A stretch of 54,379 nt of DNA. Origin: a virus. Both the position numbers and the translations under genes were made by a program. Below are positions 14,772-22,087 of this stretch, piece by piece. Numbering within the stretch: position 1 is the stretch's first letter; each line of letters opens with the position of its first letter. The notes beneath the pieces are model-generated. The model was not told the origin of the DNA. It searched no databases and saw nothing but the letters and a program-made list of their open reading frames with translations. The stretch is taken from the IMG/VR virus record IMGVR_UViG_3300011625_000001, positions 1-54,379 of that record. One strand, 5' to 3'.

Positions 14772-15296
14772 GTGATTTTGATAGGGATAGACACAGGGGT
14801 GAGCACTGGTTTTGCGTGGAGCATCAACGGTAGGTTTCAAAGCATCGATACTGAATCGATTTTGAGCGCACAGGAGCGAGTATTAAGTATCGCTGGTGAT
14901 GTTGGTCACGCTGGCATGAATGTGATTGTGTGTATTGAAGACGTGAGACTGCGCAAGTGGGTACAAAAAGGCGTTGGCAATGAGCGTATGCAAGGCGTCG
15001 GCTCAGTAAAGCGTGATTGTAGTATCTGGCAAGAGTTTTGTGAGCGCAACGGCATACCGCATATCTTTGTCGCGCCAAAAGCGATACAGACCAAGCTTAG
15101 CGAAAAAGACTTCAATATGATTACTAAGTGGCCATACCAAACGTCAGGGCACGCACGAGACGCAGCGATGATGATTGACAAGGTTTATCGATTGCTAAAG
15201 CGCAAGCATATCAACATACCAGCTAAGTTTGAGCCAAAAATTAAGAAACCGCGCAAGCCAGCGCTATACAAAGTTAAAAAGGAGAAGGCGTTGTGA
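14772..15296 (+). CDS. RuvC-like Holliday junction resolvase
   Basis: N-terminal IGIDTGVSTGFAW and C-terminal SGHARDAAMM motifs. GTG start. Confidence 0.7.
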   Translation: MILIGIDTGVSTGFAWSINGRFQSIDTESILSAQERVLSIAGDVGHAGMNVIVCIEDVRLRKWVQKGVGNERMQGVGSVKRDCSIWQEFCERNGIPHIFVAPKAIQTKLSEKDFNMITKWPYQTSGHARDAAMMIDKVYRLLKRKHINIPAKFEPKIKKPRKPALYKVKKEKAL

Positions 15297-16288
15297 GTGA
15301 GATTAAAGCAGGGCTTTGGCAAAACACGCTTGATGGTAGTTTTATCAAAGTTATCCGTATAAGTGAGTCTTTTGCTGCATACAACGAAGATGATTGTAAG
15401 TACAGATACACAATGAGCATAAACGAGCTTGTTAGCTGCTATAAACCGGTAGAGGCAGAGAGGCCGGCACCAGCGATTGACGACACATTCAACGATGACA
15501 CGCCAGCGCAGACGTTTGGTGATATTCAGTGGGACGAAGGTACGCAGGATAGGACTGAGGAGGTTGTGGTTATACCATGTCCTAAATGCCAAAAAGCTGT
15601 GCCATACGATAAACACGGCGCTTTATTCCTCATTGGGAAACAGGCTGTTTGTTCTGACTGCTATGTTAATAATGATGGAGAAAGGTTTTACGCTGGCAAG
15701 AAGTACACAACTAGAATACCAAACCCATGGCGTAGAGATGAGGAGAAGGTGGAGGTTTCTAGCAAGATGCGCCTCATCGGTATCGCAGGACCAGCACGCG
15801 CAGGCAAGGACACACTCGCCAGCTACTTACTTGATAATTTAAGCGATGACTGGTCGCGCTCATCGTTCGCTGATCCGATTAAAAAAATGCTTGAAGTTAT
15901 AGGTGTGGATTGTAGCGATGAGGCAAAGGCGGTGATTGATGATCGTTTTTGCTACACACCTCGCCATATGATGCAGATATTAGGCACTGAATGGGGTCGT
16001 GAGATGATCCACGGTAATATCTGGGTAGAGGCTTTTGCTCGCTTGAACGCTGGCGAGTGCGTGATTGTGCCTGATGTTCGTTTTGAGAATGAAGCTGAGT
16101 TGGTGCGGGAGCATGGCGTACTCATTCATCTGGTTGGACGCGGTGGTATCGAAGGCAATCACGTATCAGAGAACGCTATTGAGTTTAAGCCTGGTGATAT
16201 CGTGATTGATAACTCGCGTGACTTGGCTTGGTTGCATGGTCAGGTTGATGGTAATGCGGTTTTGGGTGAGTTTGTGAGTGCTGAATAA
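15293..16288 (+). CDS. Deoxynucleoside monophosphate kinase fused to an N-terminal Zn-ribbon domain
   Basis: The C-terminal half (IGIAGPARAGKDTLA...FADPIKKML...PRHMMQILGTEWGR...VPDVRFENE) matches the phage dNMP kinase pattern. The N-terminal ~160 aa contain CPKC...CSDC. Confidence 0.65.
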   Translation: MSEIKAGLWQNTLDGSFIKVIRISESFAAYNEDDCKYRYTMSINELVSCYKPVEAERPAPAIDDTFNDDTPAQTFGDIQWDEGTQDRTEEVVVIPCPKCQKAVPYDKHGALFLIGKQAVCSDCYVNNDGERFYAGKKYTTRIPNPWRRDEEKVEVSSKMRLIGIAGPARAGKDTLASYLLDNLSDDWSRSSFADPIKKMLEVIGVDCSDEAKAVIDDRFCYTPRHMMQILGTEWGREMIHGNIWVEAFARLNAGECVIVPDVRFENEAELVREHGVLIHLVGRGGIEGNHVSENAIEFKPGDIVIDNSRDLAWLHGQVDGNAVLGEFVSAE

Positions 16289-16294
16289 ATAAAA

Positions 16295-16323
16295 AGCACT
16301 CATGTTGGTCGCATGAGTGCTTT
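16295..16323 (+). terminator. Hairpin after the kinase gene
   Basis: 10-bp stem AGCACTCATG/CATGAGTGCT and a 7-nt loop. The U-tract is short (TTTGG). Confidence 0.45.
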
Positions 16324-16386
16324 GGCTGGCAAGTAACAGAGCAATGTTATTCCCAAAATGATTATACATTACTTTGGGGATGACGT

Positions 16387-16842
16387 ATGAGCGATACTAT
16401 TGAAAAATCTGCGGTAACTGATTTATTAGAGGTGCAAGGCTGGCTGACGGGATGGGGAGACTTTTGTAATAATCGTGGCACTGTAGGTGGTCATCTGGGC
16501 TATCAATCGCCGTGTGCAATCATCATGCGTGATAATGTAGAGCAGCAGAGCGCAAGTATTCGTCCAGTGCTGTGGAATATGGACGATCAGGCGTACTACA
16601 CGCTGATAGACCGCGAACTGGCTGGCATGAGGCAGTCGGGTGACAAGGAGCTTATGATGTGGGCAAGTTTGATACGACGTTATTACTTGTATGGTATGTC
16701 TTATACTCGCTTGAGTAAGTCGGTGGTCAGTAAGTATGAGTATGGCGAGGACACGAAGATACAGGCTCATGTGCGCAAGGTGCAGAGGCATTTAAGTAAT
16801 GCTGAGCGTCATATTTATGAGGCTATTTTGGAGTTGGTGTGA
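16387..16842 (+). CDS. Putative Q-like late-gene antiterminator
   Basis: Assigned mainly by position: last regulator-sized gene before a leader plus strong terminator and the packaging genes. Family resemblance by eye is only weak. Confidence 0.4.
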   Translation: MSDTIEKSAVTDLLEVQGWLTGWGDFCNNRGTVGGHLGYQSPCAIIMRDNVEQQSASIRPVLWNMDDQAYYTLIDRELAGMRQSGDKELMMWASLIRRYYLYGMSYTRLSKSVVSKYEYGEDTKIQAHVRKVQRHLSNAERHIYEAILELV

Positions 16843-17180
16843 TGAGCAGGAACTATCAAGACTACATTGCTTTTAAACGTAAAATCGCAGAGATTGAGCG
16901 CCAACTTAACAATAGCGGCTATCAGACTGAAGATAATGAGCGTGAGTGCTGGCTAAGCACGACGCGATATAAGAAGCAAAGTCAAATGGCTTACTTTTTT
17001 ATCATGGAAGAATCTATAGATCGCGTTGTTATAGAGATCAAGAGTTATTTAGAGTTGCATAATTCTGTATGTGTCACTCAATATACGCCCGCAAGCCACA
17101 CCCGCCAGCAATTTAACCCCATGCAAACAAATATCAAGTGTAATCGCGTTAATTTACGTGACGCGCTTAAAATAGCTTGA
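16839..17180 (+). CDS. Hypothetical protein (113 aa)
   Basis: ORF overlapping the upstream stop. Confidence 0.5.
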   Translation: MMSRNYQDYIAFKRKIAEIERQLNNSGYQTEDNERECWLSTTRYKKQSQMAYFFIMEESIDRVVIEIKSYLELHNSVCVTQYTPASHTRQQFNPMQTNIKCNRVNLRDALKIA

Positions 17181-17291
17181 TTATTGGAACGACATGGGGT
17201 AACTTTGTGATATCGTGAACGGGTAGGTCGATGGATAAGAGGTTTTGTATTCGCAATCCGCCAGACCTTCCGCACTAAACATATTCTAAAA

Positions 17292-17323
17292 AGCTCATAC
17301 CTTAATTGGTGTGGGCTTTTTTT
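17292..17323 (+). terminator. Strong intrinsic terminator (tR'-like) after the late leader
   Basis: 10-bp stem AGCUCAUACC/GGUGUGGGCU (two G-U pairs), loop UUAAUU, then 7 U. Confidence 0.8.
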
Positions 17324-17335
17324 GTGGGTGATTTT

Positions 17336-18148
17336 ATGGCTATTCAGAAGATCAACTTAACAGTACCGGGCGGTGACACGCCTCGAAGTGCTAATACAAA
17401 GATTAATGCTAACTTTAGCGACCAGGCTAATGCAGCAAGTCGATTGCTTGGGTCATCAAGGGGGCAAGTGCCTTTAGCTGAAGAAGTATCAGTAGCTATA
17501 GGAATACGTCCTAAATTGAAAGTAACCACAGATATAGATAGTTTGAGTGGTGGTATACACAATATAGATACAGGTTCGACAGAAAATTTACTAACATGGG
17601 GAGATAGGTATTCACACCTATTCCATTATGAAACCATTGCGGCTGGTTGCGACTTGCAAATAGCGTACCCCACTATCGCCGCATATCCCAAATCGCCGCG
17701 CTACAGAATACGACTATCAGGAGTATGGCAACCTTGGAACATCTTTTACAATACAGGTAACACAACAAAAGATAGCAATGGTTTTATCAAAGCCGCAAGC
17801 CCCATCGTCAAAGTCTTTGCAGACAAAGCAGAGTTTAATGGCGAAGCGGAAGACCAAAATGTAGCGTACAAAAAGAATGGGGTTGGCGACTATACAGTCA
17901 CAACCGTAAGCGGATTATCTACTGATGGCTGGTACATTGAGCTACCAAAAGACATGAATGGCAATCCTAAAGTCGCGGTCACATTACAAGAAACAAACGG
18001 CGTGATTAGTCTAAAAAGCTACAAGCGTATCTTTAGCATGGAAACATTCACTTTTGAGCCTGACTTGGATAGTCCGCTTGATATTCCAGATGGTCGTTGG
18101 ATTGATTTGCGTCTAAATGAGATTCCGGCAGAAGAAGTAAACCCATAA
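17336..18148 (+). CDS. Tail-fibre-like protein encoded outside the tail module
   Basis: ATG at 17336. N-terminal GGDTPRSANTKINANFSD is a fibre-type head motif. The C-terminus (GWYIELPKDMNGNPKVAV...DIPDGRWIDLRLNE) resembles a conserved fibre tip domain, from memory. Confidence 0.55.
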   Translation: MAIQKINLTVPGGDTPRSANTKINANFSDQANAASRLLGSSRGQVPLAEEVSVAIGIRPKLKVTTDIDSLSGGIHNIDTGSTENLLTWGDRYSHLFHYETIAAGCDLQIAYPTIAAYPKSPRYRIRLSGVWQPWNIFYNTGNTTKDSNGFIKAASPIVKVFADKAEFNGEAEDQNVAYKKNGVGDYTVTTVSGLSTDGWYIELPKDMNGNPKVAVTLQETNGVISLKSYKRIFSMETFTFEPDLDSPLDIPDGRWIDLRLNEIPAEEVNP

Positions 18149-18155
18149 CCCTTTT

Positions 18156-18190
18156 GACTCATAAGTATCTGTTTGCTGTGAGTCTTTTTT
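18156..18190 (+). terminator. Intrinsic terminator after the fibre-like gene
   Basis: Stem GACTCA/TGAGTC followed by TTTTTT. Confidence 0.55.
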
Positions 18191-18220
18191 ACATGCGAGG
18201 TAAGCCAGAGAGGTGCAAGC

Positions 18221-18886
18221 ATGGCAGATAATATTTGCGGTGCTAAGACACGAGCTGGCAAGCCTTGTAGAAAATCGCCCGTCGAGGGTAAGAAGCGTTG
18301 CCGATTGCATGGTGGGCTGTCAACTGGACCCAGTAAGGGCAGTAGAAATAATCTAAAGCATGGCATCTACAGTCGTATCTTTGATGACAGTCAGATAGAC
18401 GATGCGATAGCAATGCAGGGCACAGTAAGCCGCGAGCTTGCAATCGCACGCATACAGCTGGCTAATTGCTTGGCTTATCGCAAAGCGCAGGGTGACACGC
18501 CAGCGCTGGACGAGATTAAAGACGAGACGCTGGCTGACGAAGAAGATGAAGATGTCGTTAAGAAAGCTCGCGCTAAAGATGCAGCTAGGTGTGGTGAATA
18601 TTATGATCCCAATGAAGATGATTATGGCGGGCAAGAGTCAGAGCCGCTAAAACGCACAAGAGTTTATCGCACACGCGACTGGGCAAACGAAGAAGCCCGG
18701 CTGATTAACTTGATTGCTAAGCTTGAGATGCAGCTAATCAAACAAAGCATAGCGACGCTTGAGCTTGAGCAGCGCAAAAAACTGATGGAGGCAGCAGAAC
18801 GTAGAGAGTCTGGCAGCGGCAGAAACGTAGAGGACATGACAGATGAGCAGCTTAACGCCTACTTGGAGCAGCTACTCAAGTCTTAG
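18221..18886 (+). CDS. Putative small terminase subunit
   Basis: Lies immediately upstream of and overlapping terL. The N-terminal basic Cys motif CGAKTRAGKPCRKSPVEGKKRCRLHGGLSTGP is common in small-terminase-position proteins. Confidence 0.45.
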   Translation: MADNICGAKTRAGKPCRKSPVEGKKRCRLHGGLSTGPSKGSRNNLKHGIYSRIFDDSQIDDAIAMQGTVSRELAIARIQLANCLAYRKAQGDTPALDEIKDETLADEEDEDVVKKARAKDAARCGEYYDPNEDDYGGQESEPLKRTRVYRTRDWANEEARLINLIAKLEMQLIKQSIATLELEQRKKLMEAAERRESGSGRNVEDMTDEQLNAYLEQLLKS

Positions 18887-20369
18887 CGAACTTGCCAGCA
18901 GATTACCAGATTTAAAGAAGCTCACTGCTAAGCAAAAAATTGCGCTCATTAATATCATCAAAGAGATCAAGAAGCGCAAGAAGTACAAGCTCAACGAGTT
19001 ATTCCCCAATGAAGGGCCATTTGCCAGACATGGTTATACCAAGCACCTATCGTTCTTCAGTGATGGCGCGTTCTACGGCTCGCGCTTATTCATGGCGGGT
19101 AACCGTGTCGGCAAGACGATTGCGGGCACGTATGAAGATACGTTGCACGCAACTGGCCTTTATCCTGAATGGTGGGAAGGCAAGCGCTTTGACCATCCAA
19201 CGAAGGGTTGGATTGCTGGCAAGACGAACGAGACTACACGCGACATTCTGCAAGTCGAATTGTTTGGCAACGTCGTCTTTAAAGATGGTGGCAAGAAAAA
19301 GACCATAGACGGCACTGGCATTATTCCAATCCACTTGATTGACCAAAAATCAATCAGATGGAAGTCTGGCGTTGCTGACTTGATCGATACAGTCAAGGTC
19401 AAACATGCCAGCGGTGGCTGGTCGTACATTGGTTTGAAGTCATACCAACAAGGGCGAGGAAGTTTTGAAGGTACGGCGATGCACTACATCCATCTGGATG
19501 AGGAACCGCCAGAAGAAGTTTATACCGAGTGTTTGACGCGGACAGCAACGACACGCGGCTTGATTTATATCACGTTTACGCCGCTGATGGGCGTAACGCC
19601 GATGGTCAAGAACTTCATTGAGAAAGCCGATGAGGGAATTACCAGTGTTACACGCGCTACTTGGAACGACGCGCCGCATTTAACAGACGATGACAAGGCA
19701 AACTACTTAGCGCTATTTCCGAAACACGAGCACAAAGCGCGTATGGAGGGCATACCGTATGCAGGCAGTGGTCTTATCTATCCGATTGACGAAGATGAAA
19801 TCATCGTTGAACGTTTCGATATACCGGCGCACTGGCCGCAAATCAAAGGTATGGACTTTGGATGGGACCATCCAACGACGTGCGTTACGCTGGCATGGGA
19901 TAGAGACAACGACATTGTTTATGTCACGGACGAATATGCAGCACGTGAGCGCACACCACGCGAGCACGCGCCACACTTTAACGATAACGGATCATGGCAG
20001 CCAGTCGCATGGCCGCATGATGGTTATCAGCATGACAAAGGCAGCGGCTTAACACTCGCTGAGCAGTACCGAGACGAAGGCGTCAACATGTTGGATGAAA
20101 ATGCCACGCATGATGATGGTAGTAATGGCGTCGAGGCTGGCTTGATGGAAATACTACAGCGCATGGAGACTGGCAGATTGCTGGTGTTCAGTGATTGTAC
20201 CGAGTGGCAGGACGAACGCCGCACCTATCATCGAGACAAAGGCAAGATCAAGAAGCTATACGATGACTTGATGGATGCCACACGCTACGGCGTGATGATG
20301 TTAAGACATGCGAAGGTCAAGCCGCGAGCAGGACGCAATCGAGTTAATAATAATACGACGGTTTTATAA
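18843..20369 (+). CDS. terL: Large terminase subunit
   Basis: Walker A-like AGNRVGKT, Walker B YIHLDEEP, and nuclease-domain DDLMDATRYGVM. The start may lie downstream of 18843. Confidence 0.9.
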   Translation: MSSLTPTWSSYSSLSELASRLPDLKKLTAKQKIALINIIKEIKKRKKYKLNELFPNEGPFARHGYTKHLSFFSDGAFYGSRLFMAGNRVGKTIAGTYEDTLHATGLYPEWWEGKRFDHPTKGWIAGKTNETTRDILQVELFGNVVFKDGGKKKTIDGTGIIPIHLIDQKSIRWKSGVADLIDTVKVKHASGGWSYIGLKSYQQGRGSFEGTAMHYIHLDEEPPEEVYTECLTRTATTRGLIYITFTPLMGVTPMVKNFIEKADEGITSVTRATWNDAPHLTDDDKANYLALFPKHEHKARMEGIPYAGSGLIYPIDEDEIIVERFDIPAHWPQIKGMDFGWDHPTTCVTLAWDRDNDIVYVTDEYAARERTPREHAPHFNDNGSWQPVAWPHDGYQHDKGSGLTLAEQYRDEGVNMLDENATHDDGSNGVEAGLMEILQRMETGRLLVFSDCTEWQDERRTYHRDKGKIKKLYDDLMDATRYGVMMLRHAKVKPRAGRNRVNNNTTVL

Positions 20370-20380
20370 AGGATAAAGAT

Positions 20381-21088
20381 ATGTCAGAGCTACCGAACAG
20401 TGTTACCAAAGAAAGCTTGGAAGATTTAATTGCTAAAAGCGAAGTCGTTTATACAAACCCAGTTGGTACATTAACGCATTGCGTAATCACGTTACCTTGT
20501 GGATATGGCGTCACTGGCGAGTCTGCTTGCGTTGATCCAGCTAAGTACGATAAAGCTATTGGCGAAAAGTATGCGCTGGAACAAGCCGTGGATAAACTAT
20601 GGCCGCTTGAAGGTTACTTGCTAGCCAATGATCGTTATCGTGCTGAACAAAAACGCACTGACAAATATGCTGGCGAGTTCGTACCATGCACAGCACCGAA
20701 AGACCCAGACCACGTATTGACTGGCGATGAGATCAAACGACTGGCTGAAACTGGCTCATTGTGCGATTGCCAATACTTTGAGATTGACGGTACTGAGCAC
20801 CCAATCGAAAAAGGCGATGAGTTTGATTTTGGTACAGCTACTCACTTGATGAAGCTTGGTAATCGCGTACAACGCGCTGGCTGGAACGGCAAAGGCATGT
20901 TTGTTTATTACGTGCCAGCGGCCAGTTATCCGGCAGATCGTAATAGCAAGTCAACTATGGCTGGCGAGTTTGCCGATGATATGGTGCCTTATCGTGAATA
21001 CTTGGCGCTAAAGACCGCGCAAAACGATGTGTCAACATGGGCACCGAGTGTATCAGATGCACTTGCTGAAGATTGGCAGTTGGCATAA
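20381..21088 (+). CDS. Gp49-like (N4 gp49/Sf6 gp66 family) N-domain fused to a DUF2829 (Tad2-like) C-domain
   Basis: N-terminal LTHCVITLPCGYGVTGESACVDPAKYDKAIGEKYALEQAVDKLWPLEGYLL. C-terminal FDFGTATHLMKLGNRVQRAGWNGKGMFVYYV...WAPSVSDALAEDWQL matches the DUF2829 pattern. Confidence 0.7.
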   Translation: MSELPNSVTKESLEDLIAKSEVVYTNPVGTLTHCVITLPCGYGVTGESACVDPAKYDKAIGEKYALEQAVDKLWPLEGYLLANDRYRAEQKRTDKYAGEFVPCTAPKDPDHVLTGDEIKRLAETGSLCDCQYFEIDGTEHPIEKGDEFDFGTATHLMKLGNRVQRAGWNGKGMFVYYVPAASYPADRNSKSTMAGEFADDMVPYREYLALKTAQNDVSTWAPSVSDALAEDWQLA

Positions 21089-21136
21089 GTTAGAAATGCT
21101 ATGATTAACATATAAGTTAATCAAAAGGATAATACT

Positions 21137-21427
21137 ATGTCATACCAAGAAACAATGGATAGAGTATTTAGCGATATGATTGCTACTAGCAGAGGTGGCG
21201 TCGTGGTAAGCATACCTAATCGTGCTGGCAAGTCTACGATACATAGACAAATGCAGCATGTAGATAAAGCGCCAAAAAAGAATGATGATTTTCAAATAAT
21301 AGTGGATGAATGGCGAGACACACCTCAAGACTGGCGAGAATGGGATTGTATAAAGCGGTACACTCGCAAGGAGATTGAAGATATGTTGACACCTAACCCT
21401 ATTGAATTGCCGAAAGGCGACGCATAA
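21137..21427 (+). CDS. Hypothetical protein (96 aa)
   Basis: ORF with an AAAGGA RBS. Confidence 0.5.
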   Translation: MSYQETMDRVFSDMIATSRGGVVVSIPNRAGKSTIHRQMQHVDKAPKKNDDFQIIVDEWRDTPQDWREWDCIKRYTRKEIEDMLTPNPIELPKGDA

Positions 21428-21445
21428 CAATACAACCAAACACCA

Positions 21446-21474
21446 AAGCCACCTCATCGAAGGTGGCTTTTTTG
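21446..21474 (+). terminator. Intrinsic terminator
   Basis: 9-bp stem AAGCCACCT/AGGTGGCTT, loop CATCGA, then a T-run. Confidence 0.75.
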
Positions 21475-21488
21475 TGGGAAGAATAAGC

Positions 21489-21659
21489 ATGACGCATTAC
21501 CAGATACCCAATAGCGTACTGTTTGGCAGAGCGCAAGGTAAGAATGTTAGCAAAGCGCTGAGCGATTACAGCTTAGAGGCGCTGCAAAAGCGTGCGAACA
21601 ATGGTAATGCGGACGCTAAACGATTGATTAAGCAATTAAAGGATAAGCAATGTCACTAA
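21489..21659 (+). CDS. Hypothetical small protein (56 aa)
   Basis: ATG at 21489 lies after the terminator. The ORF-track start at 21402 would span the terminator. Confidence 0.4.
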   Translation: MTHYQIPNSVLFGRAQGKNVSKALSDYSLEALQKRANNGNADAKRLIKQLKDKQCH

Positions 21660-22087
21660 CCATACGATACGGCGTGCCAGCACCAGCAGCAGTTAAAAAA
21701 GGCTATGGCTTGCAAGCGTTTATCTCAAACGTATTCTTTGAGGCGGACGAAGGCGCAACCGCCAATGATGCGGCATTGATACTTTGTCGTCGTGCGTTTG
21801 GCATTGGCAAGTCTTATATCGCTGTGCGCCGCAATCAAGCGTACCAACTGCGCGACAAGGACGGCAAGTTCTTAGCAGATACCGCAGAGGACTGTGCTCA
21901 ATACTTGTGGAATGGTCATGCAGCAGAGCGTGAGAAGCATATCGTCATGGATTGCTTACTAGAAAACATCGATCAGCTGGTCATGCACAAACCTGAAGGC
22001 GAAGATTTAAACCGCAAGGCGCTAGACAAATATTTTGAAGGTGAAGAAACCTTTACCACCGGACTAATGGATATTGCCAACTCATGA
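21650..22087 (+). CDS. Hypothetical protein (145 aa)
   Basis: ORF overlapping both neighbours. Confidence 0.5.
   Translation: MSLTIRYGVPAPAAVKKGYGLQAFISNVFFEADEGATANDAALILCRRAFGIGKSYIAVRRNQAYQLRDKDGKFLADTAEDCAQYLWNGHAAEREKHIVMDCLLENIDQLVMHKPEGEDLNRKALDKYFEGEETFTTGLMDIANS

Noticed and set aside
17181-17291. Possible tRNA or other known RNA gene in the late leader
   Set aside because: No T-loop (GTTCRANYC) or cloverleaf could be drawn. It is better explained as a promoter leader ahead of the terminator.
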